From NCBI RefSeq assembly GCF_009914755.1, contig NC_060941.1: 64,000 nt of DNA; one strand, given 5' to 3'. Positions 39,401 through 52,877 of this stretch are shown here, piece after piece. The stretch is from the human T2T-CHM13v2.0 reference genome, Homo sapiens. Below the pieces are notes generated by a model. That model did no database searches. It was not told the origin of the DNA and saw only the letters and a program-made list of their open reading frames with translations. The translations under genes were made by a program, and so were the position numbers. Position 1 is the first letter of the stretch; each line of letters starts with the position of its first letter.

Positions 39401-41739
39401 AGCATGAAATTAAATCTTTACATAGCTACAGCTTCAGCATTTGAGTTGGTTGGCATGCAAGGCCAAGCTGATTGGCTAGACACTTCTATATCCACCCAAC
39501 CCCCCGATTCAGTCTAATAGCAAAATTCAGTTCAGAACTAATCTCTCTGTTGCTATCTTGCAGGGTGTATAGATGCCGTATAGTTTTAATATGGCAAATT
39601 GCTTACCGGAAGCAAAAACTTCTAGACCCCCCTCCCTTTAGAGGTGAGGAGGCACCCTAAAATATCTATTGCTGTTGTGAACCTGCAACTACTCACTGAT
39701 GGCAATTAGAGAAATTCTGTGTAATTTTAAACTATTCTGTCCCTGATGGGCATAATAATTTCATTGCGCTTATGCAGAATGCTTTTTCTACAGACGCGAA
39801 CATCTGAAGCTGCCAAAAAAAAACCCATCATTTGGAAAAAGAAACTTTTCTACATGCCCTCAAACCAACCAAGCGCAGGGAGGATTGCTAATCTGGCAGT
39901 CAAGATAGCAGGAGACAACTGAATCAGTACTTGTGAATAATTATGAATTGTGTTGTTCCTTAAAAGCAATAGAGACTAGGAAATGGTGTAATTTGCCATG
40001 CCTGTTTGTAACTCCAGCAATATACAGCCTGTGATAAGATTTCACACTTTAATTCATCTGAGAACCTGGCGGTGTTTTACAAGCAGTAATTACTGAGAAT
40101 CTCACCATGCTTAACTAAGACAAGCAAAGGCTACAGCAGAGGTCCTATTTTTAAAATTGGTAAATATGATAGAGAAAATTCACCATTTTGAAAAGCACTG
40201 GGAGAGAATTAGGGCAAACAATAGCTGACTGACATCACAGGCTTTTCTTTTTAGGCTATTGCAACCATGAAACAGTGAACCAGTATGAAATTCATAGTAG
40301 AAATAATGTATTATGTCTTTCTAAAAATCTGTTTATTTTAATAAATTTATTGAGTGCTTCTCTGGTCCAGACATTGCATGAGGCACAAGGACTAAAATGG
40401 TTTATTTGGGATGATAGGTATGCAAAGAGGCTATTACAATGCCTTGCCCTAAGTGCTGTGATAATGGAACATATCAAGGCCAATGAAAGCAGAAAGCAGA
40501 GTGCATACATTTATGCAGAAAAGTTGCAATTGTAGCTGGAAGCATTAGTGCAGGAATGAAGAATGGGTTTGCAAACAAAACAAAACAAAACAAGACAAAA
40601 CCTCTTATTTGCAAAGTCATGAAGACATGTTTTAAAGCCAGCAAATGATTCAATATGGTTGTGCTTTAGATAAGGATCAGTACAGTATAGTTGGGCTGTA
40701 ATATGCACGACAAAGAAATAATAAAGAGACCAGTATAGGGTAAAAGAAGAAAATCTTATTAAGAATATAAACCCCTTGCTCATTTAAGCAAAACATGAAT
40801 TAAGAACACTTGATACCTTAAAATTACATTAGTCATGTGCTTTCATGAAACCCATATTGTAACAGTAATTCTCAACATCTGATTAATTAATATAGCAGCT
40901 GCTTTGCTTTTTCGCTTCTTCCAATCTTGTTAGAAAATCATGAATTGGAGTCTTTTGTTCCAATCTTCTTCCTCCAAAGGGATTAGAAACTAGTTTCCAT
41001 TGTAAATTGACTTTCTTGCTTTATTGAATTTAATAGTTCTAGCTTCAATATAAATATAATACATATCCTGTCATTTTTCATTGACAATTTTGTAAAAGTT
41101 GGGCTTTTAAATAAAATGTAAATGTTTCATTTATTCTTTCACTAAAGCTGAAATATATAATGATGGAAATGTGTTTATCCACCTCCGTCTCCATATAAAA
41201 GACCCAAAATCAGTTTAAACTTCAAAACCTTAGAAAGCTGTTGACAAAAAGGATGAAGAAGTGTTTTGCCAAGCAAAACAGCATTAGTGTCACTGTTAAT
41301 TTGCTTTAAATTGCCATAGAAAGGAGATTCTCATCTCATGCTAGCATTTCTTGTTGGCTTAAAACCAACCAGTGAATATTACATTTTATGAGCTCAGACA
41401 TGAAGTGTATGGCTAAATATTAATCTCTCAGACCACTATACTTATAGCCAGAATCACACAGCTAGTGGACTAATGCAGTAAAATAACTTATTCCTCAGTT
41501 AAAATACTTAAGCATGGGCTTGAAAAACAATGTCACTAGTCCCACCTGAAATGATCCCAGACTCTGTGAACTCAATTGTTCTGGTGAGATCAGAGACCTA
41601 ATGAATAAAGAGAAAATTACTATAATAAGATATTTTCACATTTGATTTATTTTGTATTGCCTAGAAAGAGTGAAATCTGTTTGAAACCAACAGAAAGACT
41701 CTGTAGAAAGGATTCATAAGTGAGAGCTTGAGATGCAGA

Positions 41740-42710
41740 TCATTCATTCCTCTGTTCAAACAAATATTTATTGATCTTCTATTATAAGCAAAGTATGGTG
41801 TGATATACTAACAAAAATAAATATTAGAGGATTCCTTACAATTTGCCACATATTTGGGAAAGATAAGCCTAATTAAATAAGAACAATTCAATGAGGTAAG
41901 CATTATGAAATGTATTCAAAGAACACTGAAGAGGGGATGGCTAACTTTGTCTATGAGGATGAAGAAAGCTTTACATTTGCAATAGATTAAATAACTATTC
42001 AAGCTAACCTCACTGTGATAGAATTATATAGCTACACTTTGACATACTTTTTGATGGTTCGAGTATAACTGTTATCCCTTAACATTGGCCTTGGCCATGT
42101 CACTTACTTTAGAAGAGTAGATGTCAGTGGACGTAAGACTAGCAGAAACTTAAAACTTGTTTGTGAATTTGGAGTTGCCCTTGCATTCCAGATGAATATA
42201 CGCTGAAGAGCTGCTGTCATTTCAGCAGGGGCTCCAGGTAAAACTGGCAGTCTAGGACCAAGCCTAGCTGGCTACAGTCTGAAGCAGAGTCACTAACTTA
42301 AGCTCAGTCTGGAGTACTCAAACTACAGTCAAACTGCAGGTCTCTGAACATTAGAATAAATGCTAGTTGTTGCAAACTACTGAGTTCGTTTTTTTATGTA
42401 AGGCTGACTAATACAATATTTAAGTTGGGTTTCAAAACACAAATAAGAATTTTTAAGGAAGAAGAAAGATATTCCAGATAGATGTAGCAACATGTAAAAA
42501 AAAAAAAACAGAATGAAAGTAATAAATTGCATGATATGTTTACAAAGTATCAAGTAATTAGATGTTGCCAATATACAGGGTATGTGTAGTGAGCAGCTTA
42601 ACATTAAACTGCAAATGTTGGTTGAGATTACATTGTTAAAAAAATTTGGAATGTATTCCCTAAGTAATGAGTAGAAATTTTTATGGAGTGAAATAACACA
42701 ATTACTCCGT
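41740..42710 (-). mobile_element. L2 relic interrupted by an MLT1H/I-like LTR (about 42014-42415, + strand)
   Basis: cattcattc...caaatatttattga L2 end; LTR tgtgatagaatta...gaataaatgctagttgtt...gactaataca. Confidence 0.6.
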
Positions 42711-42882
42711 GGGTTCTCCCGTCCATTATAAAAGTTAAGGGGCTCTCTTATGTGTTTCCCAAAGCATAGACCCAAGGTTGAGTATTTAACTGATTTACCC
42801 CTTATCTAGCTACACAGTGGAATGGTTTTCTTGATTAAACACTTGCTGTTTGGGCCAAAAACCTTCACATAGCAAGTTCTGA

Positions 42883-43200
<318 letters not shown>

Positions 43201-44662
43201 GACTTTTATCTTTTAATTTGGCATTAGGGGCCCTAAGTCATAGGAAAAGAAAGGAAGCAGCAGTCTGATATTCCTCTGACTGTTTCAAGTCCCAACTGTT
43301 CAAGGAATCATCAGGAAGGACCATTTGGCTTTTAACAGCATTTGCACTGGGATTGACCTTAATTTAGTGCCATTCAGTTTCCCCCCAAAACTTCTGCCCT
43401 CCCAGCAAACATAGCAAAACTTAAAGAAATCTTTGCCAACCACAGGAAACACAGCATCTAAGAGACCCTTCTGCAGTATCTTAAGGTGGCAGGAGATGTG
43501 GCTATTGTCAAAGCAAATATGCTGGAGATTTATGGGGACTATCTATGATTGTGGTTCAGGGAGCCTGCTCAAGCAAACATAAATCTTGGTAAAAGAGTCA
43601 GTCAAGCCATATAAAGATGCCACTAGGAAAATCACAACTGTCAAGAGCTGTACTTATTAGCATCACGAAATCAAGGAATGCTATGAATCTCATTTACATA
43701 TGGATACATCCATCTCGTCCTAAACCATCTTCAAATGTAGCAATATCGCTATATCACCAATCAAAAGACAGTAGGCAATAGTTACTAGAGACAGAGAAGC
43801 TAGTGATTAAAACAGAAATACTGTAATAATTTCTAACATTGATGTAGTGTTCTCTGTCATACAAAGTGGTTTCATGCTCACTCTCTTAAGTCACTACAAA
43901 CTTGTAAATTAGGCAATGCAGGCATTGTCTAACTTCTTCTTTGGATGGAAAAACCAAGGCTTAGAATAGTTAAGACAAACTTGTCTAAGGTCTCAGAGCT
44001 TGTCAATAGCTAAGGCAGGACTTAAGACAAGTCTTTGGCTCTTGAGCCAAGCCTTTTCATATGAATTGAAAGAATCTCCAAACAATCACGTGTTGTATGA
44101 ACTCTCAGAGTCAGACTTGTAATTAGCTAAGATATAGGAATTTCCATCTTGTGCTGGGGCATTTTCCTACCCAACACTATCATCCTATGAGCAATCTAAT
44201 GAAATCAAGAGAGGGCTTCTAGCAGAATGGAAGCCAAGTGATCACTTAGTGAAACATAGCAAACTTTATATTGAAAGAATGCCTCAGAGTTTACAAAACA
44301 CTTTCATAACCAAAATTTAAATTATTGATTTAAACTCTGTCATTTACTCTCTCAAGGGCAGAATTTGTGTCAAAATTGCTTAAATAGTACGTCATAGGAT
44401 TTGACACATAAATTCTTGTATATCAGTTAACAAGCTCTAATTTTATGATTATTCAATTAAGGAAATATATGCCCCCAGCAGTGAAGGACTCACCAAAAAT
44501 TACGCATTCAGTTAATTAACTGAGATTCAAAACTTGTTATCCTAACTCCTAGATCAGACATTACACAATTATGACTATTCATATTGTGCTGCCTCAATGC
44601 TGGAGAAGTATCACTTTATCTTAGTCCCCGGCATAACCAATAGCCAACACATGTACACATGC

Positions 44663-44665
<3 letters not shown>

Positions 44666-44694
<29 letters not shown>
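44666..44694. repeat. (CA)n microsatellite
   Basis: Direct inspection. Confidence 0.95.
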
Positions 44695-44695
<1 letters not shown>

Positions 44696-45271
44696 CTTTA
44701 GGTATCTGTATCATCTAGATGTTAACCATTATCCTGTTCCATATAGCTTAAACATAGTTGTCTTGGCCTGCTATTCCTACTCTCTAGAAAGTCCGGTGCA
44801 TTCCCCAACATTTCTGTCAATTGCCAGGGGCTGTTTTCATGGCTTGATTTTCTGCACTCTCTTGGACTATCAATTTCACTCACTTATCACTCCAGCAACC
44901 ATTCTCTTATCTGCCCTGCACCAACCCAGGTGGAAGGCTAAGTTCTTTTTCCTTTAATTTTTCAAAAATAGATTCTGCAAAACACTTATGAGTAACAAAC
45001 TTACTGAAGGCCTTGTGTGATTGGAAGGATTTATATCTCAGAAAAGCACATTACTTAAAATATTAGCAATGCCTATTAAGAAAAGCTCTTTAATCACCCC
45101 CACACTAGGGGATTTCTCACTAAGGCCACTTAATTGGTCATGTTTCTTTGGGGCCCCACTCTTTCCTCATAGCTCAATTTTCATTAAAAAAAGTCCTCAG
45201 AATAATTTTTTCTTTCCATCCATATTTTATCTACCTTTGTACATTCAAAGATTCTTGAATTTACTCTCATT

Positions 45272-45485
45272 AACATAAAGGTTGGAATAATAGACATTGC
45301 AGACTATGGAAGATGGGAGGGTGGAAGTGGGGCAAGCCTTGAAAATTTACCTTTTGGGTACAATGTTCATTATTTGGTGGTGGGTAAACTAAAATTCCAG
45401 ATTTCACCATTACACAGTGTATGCATGTTAAGAAATCCACACTTGCATTCCCTAAATCTATAAAAAGAAAAAGGAAAAAAAAGAA
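45272..45485 (+). mobile_element. L1PB4-like 3' end
   Basis: ggaataatagacattgcagact...gggtacaatgttcattatttgg...cctaaatctataaaaa plus A tail. Confidence 0.8.
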
Positions 45486-46103
45486 AACATATTTTTGAAT
45501 GTACTCTGCCAAAATAAACGTCATATAATCCAGGTTCCCTCTTTGGTAGGACAGAGGAGCTGCCGAAACATTTGAAATTCATCTATCTCTCCTTCCTCCC
45601 ACATAAATCACTCTTACTGCGAGGTTGCAATGATGAGATGCAACTCTCATCCTAGATCCCCACATCAGAAAATAGAAGTGACTACACTCTATTCAGGTTT
45701 TCAAATAATACTTTTTATAATCTTGTTCTAGGAATAAGTGAAAAATTTCCTTTGGAAATAGCAGTTGGCTATCAATATTGCCTGACACTCTGTCAGCATA
45801 AGATACCAATCCTGAGTCTCTACAAAGCCAGATGCTGGCTGAAGAAACCATGTTTAAACAGAAGAGCTAGTGTGTAATGCAATCAATCAAGATGCCCATA
45901 AGACAGGTAACCTTTCCATTATTTAATTAGTGAAAAGTTTCATCTTTTTATGTTTCCAAACACACACAAAAATGTATGTCCTGGTTCTTGGATATCCATT
46001 TCCTAATTACCTAAATAGTCATGGGTAAAACTCACCATTGTTCTCTGTTTTGTACCCCAGCTACAGCAGGTAAAAGTACATAGAAAAAAAATTGCTCCTT
46101 AAA

Positions 46104-46222
46104 TTTTCTTTTCTTTTTTTTTATTTTATTAGTATCATACTTTAAGTTTTAGGGTACATGTGCACAATGTGCAGGTTAGTTACATATGTATACATGTGCC
46201 ATGCTGGTGTGCTGCACTAACT
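46104..46222 (-). mobile_element. Young L1 (L1PA2/3-like) extreme 3' end
   Basis: tactttaagttttagggtacatgtgcacaatgtgcaggttagttacatatgtatacatgtgccatgctggtgtgctgcac. Confidence 0.9.
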
Positions 46223-46484
46223 ATATATATATGGTTTTTGTAATACATGTATGAAAGAGAAGCTCCTATAGCTGTCTCCATCCCCAGAGTTGTCTGGAAG
46301 CTGGTAATAATGTTAAAATTCAATGTCATAGTTAAGCACATGCCACTAGTGTCAGAGTTCTTAGGTTCAGATCCTCACTCCACCATCTATTATCTCTTTG
46401 ATCCATGATGAATGCTTAAATGTCATCTTGCTTAACCTACTAGTGGCATTTAGCACTATTTATCACTTCTTTTCCTTGGAACAC

Positions 46485-48743
46485 TAATATGGTTTGGCTG
46501 TATCCTCACCCAAATTTCATCTTGAAATCCAACATGTTCTGGAGGGACCCAGTATGAGGTAACTGAATCATGGGGGCAGGTTTTTCCCATGCTGTTCTCA
46601 TGATAGTAAATAAGTTTCATGAGATCTGATGGTTTTACAGGGGGGAGTTTCCCTGCACAAGCTCTCTTTTTGTCTGCTACCATCCATGTAAGATGTGACT
46701 TGCTCCTCCTTGCCTTCTACCATGATGGTGAGGCCTCCCCAGCCATGTGGAATTGTGAATCCAATTAAACCTCTTTCTTTTGTAAATTGCCCAGTCTTGG
46801 GTATATCTTTATCAGCAGCATGAAAACAGATTAACAAGGTAATTTGGTTCTAGTAGAGTGGGTCATTGCTGAAAACATACCTGAAAATGTGGAAATGACT
46901 TTGGAACTGGGTAACAGGCAGAGGTTGGAAGAGTTTGGAAGGCTCAGAAGAAGACAGGAAAATGTGAGAAAGTTTGGAACTTCCTAGAGACTTGTTGAAT
47001 GACTTCATCCAAAATGCTGATAGCAATATGAGCAATAAAATCCAGGCTGAGGTGGTCTCAGATGGAAATGAAGAACTTGTTCAGAAATGGAGGAAGGGTG
47101 ACTCTTGTTATGCTTTAGCAAAGAGAGTGGTGGCATTTTGCCGCTGCCCTAGAGATCTGCAGAACTTTGTACTTGAGAGAGATGATTTAGGGTATCTGGC
47201 AGAAGAAATTTCTAAGCAGCAAAGCATTCAAGAGGTGACTTGGGTGCTGTTAAAGGCATTTAGTTTTATAAGGGAAGCAAAGAATAAAAGTTTGGAAAAT
47301 TTGCAGCCTGATAATGTGATAGAAAAGAAAATCCTATTTTCTGAGGAGAAATTCAAGCCAGTTGCAGAAATTTGCATAAGTAATGAGAAGCTGAATGCTA
47401 ACCCCCAAGACAATAGGGAAAATATCTCCAGGACATGTCAGAGGTCTTCATGGCAATCCCTCCCATCACAGGCCCAGAGGTTTAGAAGCAAAAAATGGTT
47501 TTGTGGGCCAGGCCCAGGGTCCCTCTGCTGTATGCAGTCTAAGGACTTGGTGTCCTGTGTCCCAGCCACTCCAGCTGTGATTAAAGGGGCCAATGCAGAG
47601 CTTGAGATGTGGCTTCAGAGGGCACAAGCCCCAAGCCTTGGCAGCTTTCAAGTGGTGTTGAGCCTACAGGTGCACAGAAGTCAAGAATTAAGGTTTGGGA
47701 ACCTCTGTCTAGATTTCAGAAGATATATGGAAATGCCTGGATGCCCAGGAAGAAATTTGCTGCAGAGGTGGGTTCCTCATGGAGAACCTCTGCTAGGGCA
47801 GTGCAGAAGGGAAATGTGGGGTGAAGGCCCCCACATGGAGTCCCTACTGGAGCACCGCCTAGTGGAGCTGTGAGAAGGGTAGATCCACTGACAGTTTGCA
47901 CTGTGCACCTTGAAATGCCACAGACACTCAATGCCAGCCAGTGAAAGCAGCCAGGAGGCAGGCTCTACCCTACAAAGCCACAGGGGTGGAGCTGCCCAAA
48001 ACCATGGGAACCCACCTATTGCATCGGTGTGACCTGGAAGTGAGACATGGAGTCAAAGGAGATCATTTTGGAGTTTTAAGATTTGACTGCCCTGCTGGAT
48101 TTTGGACTTGTGTGGAACCTGTAGCCCCTTTGTTTTGGTCAATCTCTCTCATTTGGAATGGTTGTATTTACCCAATACCTGTACCCCCATTGTATCTAGG
48201 AAGTAACTAACTTGCTTTTGATTTTACAGGTTCATAGGTGGAAGAGACTTGTCTTGTCTCAGATAGGATGTTGGACTGTGAACTTTTGTGTAATGCTGAA
48301 GTGAGTTAAGACTTTGGGGGACTGTTGGGAAGGCATGATTGGTTTTGAAATGTGAGGACATGAGATTTGGGAGGGGCCAGGAGTGGAATGATATGGTTTG
48401 GCTGTGTCCCCACCCAAATCTCATCTTGAATTCCTATGTGTTGTGAGAGGGACCTGGTGGGAGGTAATTGAATCATGGGGGTAGGTCTTTCCTCTGCTGT
48501 TCTCATGATAGTGAATAAGTCTCATGAGATCTGATGGTATTGTACGGGGGAGTTTCCCTGCAGAAGCTCTCTTTTTGCCTGCCGCTATCCGTGTAAGATG
48601 TGACTTGCTCCTCCTTGCCTTCTGCCATGATTGTGAGGCCTCCCCAGCCACGTAGAACTGTGAGTCCAATTAAACCTCTTTCTTTTGAAAATTTTACAGT
48701 CTCAGGTATATCTTTATCAGCAGCATGAAAACGGACTAATACA
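46485..48743 (+). mobile_element. Complete THE1A MaLR element (LTR 46485-46836, internal, LTR 48389-48743)
   Basis: Two homologous LTRs, THE1 internal sequence, purine-rich tract before the 3' LTR, exact TSD aacac. Confidence 0.95.
46974..47873 (+). pseudogene. Remnant of the MaLR (THE1) internal ORF
   Basis: 299-codon stop-free frame starting at TTG; contains LERDDLGYLAEEISKQQSIQEVTWVLLKAFSF, typical of THE1/MST internal translations. Confidence 0.7.
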
Positions 48744-48749
48744 AACACT

Positions 48750-49360
48750 TTCTTCAATTGTTCTTTCTTTATATGCCTTTCAGGATACCAACTTCTTCTA
48801 CTTTTCTTCTTACTCACTGATATCTCCTTTTATTCTTCTTTATGGATGTTTCCTAATCTCTTTGACTTTATAGTATTAAGGTGTCACAGGGATCAGTTCT
48901 TGGCTCTCTTTTCTTTTTTATCTAATCTCACTTCCCTTGTGATCTCAAACTGTTTTTATTACTAATTTGGCATGAATTTTCCTCCTGGACTCCAGCTTTA
49001 TATGACCAACTAAATGTCTTCACTTGGATATCTAAGCAGCATCTCAAATATAACGAAGTCCAAAACTGAGTTCATGATCAACACCTTCTCCTTAACCAGT
49101 TCTTTTTACAATGCACCGCATCTCAGGTGATGGCAAATATGTCTTTCTACCATCTTCTTCTCTCGTGCCTACATCCAATCAATCATAAATTCCTAACCTA
49201 TCAGGAAATATGTCCAATATCTGACTACTTCTTAGAGATCACTACTACTTTTGAGTCACCAGAATTCCTTTCCTAAATTATGGCTATAAGTTGTTCCCTT
49301 GACTGGCCACCTTATAGTAAATTATCAATTACAACAGCAAGAATCATCCTAGTCTAAAAT
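48750..49360 (+). mobile_element. L2 body relic
   Basis: ctcctggactccag...cacttggatatctaagcagcatctcaaatataacgaagtccaaaactgag. Confidence 0.7.
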
Positions 49361-49865
49361 ACAGACAGATATGTGCCAGTGGTTTGTCCTTTGGTTCTTA
49401 GCCCTATACTTGTGCTATATTCTCCACTCTGTTGCTAGGCTGAAAGCAAGAAAACTACATTTCCAAACCCCTCTTGCTAATTGTACTCTTATTGGGTTTT
49501 TCCAATAAAAGCCTTAATAAAATAAAAGGCATTGGTGAGATTTTAGCATTTTGGAGAAAAAAAAAAATGTATGTTCTCTGCTCTGGCCTCTATAGCAGCA
49601 GCAGGAATAGACTTGAGGGAACTGTAGGCTCCAACATCATTGGTAATTCCAGTTTTATTGGTAATTCCAGAATTAGCAACAGAGGTAACTTCTACTTAGT
49701 TGTGGTTGCAATGCTTCTTATAAAATCTACAGCAGTGACTCCAGATGCACTAGCAGTTCTGCAGCAAAGACAGGCCTATGGGCTACAAAAGGAACTGTGG
49801 CAGCATTCTGATTTTTGGAGAAAGCCCCTTCTACCTTTCTCTCTCTCACCTTTAGTTCCTTATAT

Positions 49866-49945
49866 TATTAGGGTGCAAAAGTAATTGCAGTTTATGCCAT
49901 TAAAGTAATGTTGAAACTCGCAATTACTTTCACACCAACCTAATA
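49866..49945. mobile_element. MADE1
   Basis: ttagggtgcaaaagtaattgcagtttatgccattaaagtaatg...gcaattactttcacaccaacctaata. Confidence 0.9.
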
Positions 49946-51752
49946 ATTACTCTCTGTTTCCATTTTCAAGACTGGACATAAGTTGATATGACATATATCC
50001 AGTAAATTGATGTAAATGTTGTAAACCAAGTTATATGGGTATAATTGGCACAGAAAAAAAATGATTATTCTGTTTATGGGGATATCATGAGAGAAAGCCG
50101 CACTTTGGGTCTAAAAGGTTGAGTTTATAGGAGATTGGAGTGAGGCTGAAGAACCAAAAAGGCATCCTAGGCAGACAAAACAGCAAGTATAAAGTTAGGT
50201 AGATTTTTAAAAATCATGGTATTTGGGGAAGAAGGATGGTCCCAGACATGGAAATGTATATATTTATATACAGAGAACTCACTCTACCTTAGCTGTTTAA
50301 TTATATTCAGATTCTTCTTGCTTTCTTACTAAACATGTTCTTCTTAACCCCTTTTAACTCCACAGAATTGCACACTCTAAGTAGCCAAGGGCAAAATTGG
50401 GAATAAAAAAGATTGTGTAAACAAGTTTCACACATCCTGCACATAGCTGAAAAAATTAGCAGCTATGTAACCCATGGAGATGTATTGAAACATAATTGAT
50501 CGATGTTTGTAAATTGCTTTGAGACTCTCAGTGAGTAAATACATTGAAAAGTTCTGTCATCATTTTTCTTATCTAATGTGGTTTGTGAGAGAATAAGTTG
50601 GTGAGTGGCAGAGAATAGGCAGCTTCCCAAATTAAGTTTGAGAAGGACAACTTTATATGAAGAAAATAGTAAACTTCTATTAAATTTTATTAAGATATTT
50701 TTGTTACAACAAGCAATAATAGTTATAAATAATTAAACAATAAAACAAGTCTAAGCATGTGTGCTTTGAAGTCTTTAATGCATGCCTCAGGCATGTGATA
50801 AATCATAATGATAGAATCAAATTGACTTTAATCAAGAAGCCTGCATTAATGACATAGTAATTCATACTCAGTTGTCTACTTATTGTTATAATACCACCAA
50901 TATTTTCACAGATTCAAAGATCCACTTTTTCCTTCTGCACGGACATACACACCTACAAAAAAAATCCAAAATGCGGATTAAGAACAGATGTCCTTTCCCC
51001 AATGCCAGTATTTAATATTAATTGTAAAATCTTGAAGGTCTTTTAGTTTTAAATGTCACATTTTAGAATACAAAGCAAGATATGAACATAGCAATTCCCT
51101 TCACTTCCCATCTAGTTAGATTGTTCCTGTGATAGAGTTAAACAGACCATGAAATGGACTCTTTCAAAACTAAATATCAGTAGATTAAAATCTATAGTTA
51201 TTTTCACACATTTATTCTTCCCATCTCATAAATAGGACACCCTCAAAATAGTTCATTCTAAAAATCACAGATTAGTGCTTTAAATAGAGATAACCTGACT
51301 TTATTAAAATTTCCAAATGTTTCTCTTTGCATGCAGCCTTGTCATCAGAAATCATCTTAGTTCTCTGCAGTTGTCAAAAACCCACAAATCTTCATGGCAA
51401 CTGGCAAGTAACAAACAAAAAGTTTAGGTCTGGTTAACATTTATGTTATAGTGACATATCATAAAGAAAACAAATTAAATCCTAGAATCTTGCCTCTTTG
51501 ATGCCCAGGGATACTAAGTTGTGCAACTCTGTAATACACCAATCATATTGTATTCTATCTGAATATTGCCCCAGACCCAACTACCCGCGTGTCCCCAGGG
51601 CAAACTAATACAATTAGGACCATTTCACCCAGGATTCTAGCACTGAAGGGCAGTTCATTAATTTCATGATTTTATTCTTTTTTGGCTGTCTTTGAGGTCT
51701 TGAAGGATGTCCCTATTTCTTATGATTTTGTTTTTGTTTTTTGTTTTACTTT

Positions 51753-51988
51753 GTGTATAGCATAGAATGGCAACCCTTGGATTATGTGCATATATATAAT
51801 ATATATAATCTATATGATATATTAAACATGTATACATTAAACATATATATATATATAATTTTTCCCAGTGTATAGCATAGGATGGCAACCCTTGGACTAT
51901 GTGCTTACATATATAATAATATATGAAATATATATTTTATAATATATACTACATTATATTATAATCATAATTATATAAATTTTTTTCC
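51753..51988. repeat. Two-copy tandem duplication (about 115 bp) with AT-rich tracts
   Basis: gtgtatagcatagRatggcaacccttggaYtatgtgc at 51753 and 51868. Confidence 0.85.
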
Positions 51989-52877
51989 TTTAAAGCCCTC
52001 TTCTTCTCCCATGCCAAAGAAAACTGCTGCACACTCTATGAATTACCAGTTGAATCATAGTTTTATGTCTTTTCACGCTACATCTTGCTTTAAATCTTTG
52101 ATGGTACTTGAAGCCCTAATGATTAAGTCCAGACTGATTAGCTCAGCATTCAGCCTGATATCAGTTTATTTTTCCGACATCTCTTCCTGACACATATCAC
52201 CTTCCAGGCACAGTTAAGCTCTGAGCTCAATCGGCCACTCCACATTTCTCACAAATGTCATACACTTTGATGCTTTTGTGCTTTCATTTACAATATTCTC
52301 AGTACTTAGAATAGCATTCCGAAATTTTTCTTTTGAAAAACTTATATTAATTATTCTATATTAGCTTTTTTTCCAGTGGCACATTGACTTGCCCCGTCAG
52401 ATGTATGTTATGCACCTAATAAATATTTCTAAGATGCCTCCCATCCATCAAGCGTTAAAAGTTGGAGACACAACAGTAAAAAGAACAGACCCTCTGACCT
52501 TAAGAAGATGACTACCTTGACTAAATAGGTAATTATAACGAGTGCTGTGATAGAGAAACATCTTTGGTGCTACAATATGAATAAGTCTCTGCTAGGGATA
52601 ACCAAGCAGAGGTCTGAAGGATAAGAAGGAGTTAACTGGATAAATTGTAGGGAATCTCATTTCCATTAAAAGGTCAAGCTTTCCCAAACTATAATAGAAT
52701 ACCTCGAAATTTATAAAGTTTTATAGACATCATCTCCTTTAATTTTTACAGCAATGAATTAGGTATTATTTTTTCCACTTGCAGATGAGAAAAGTCAGGT
52801 TCAGCCTCTGAGAGTGAGGTTCAAATAACTTTATATTCCCATTTTGTCTTGTGGTGATGTTGAGTCATATTACCTGG

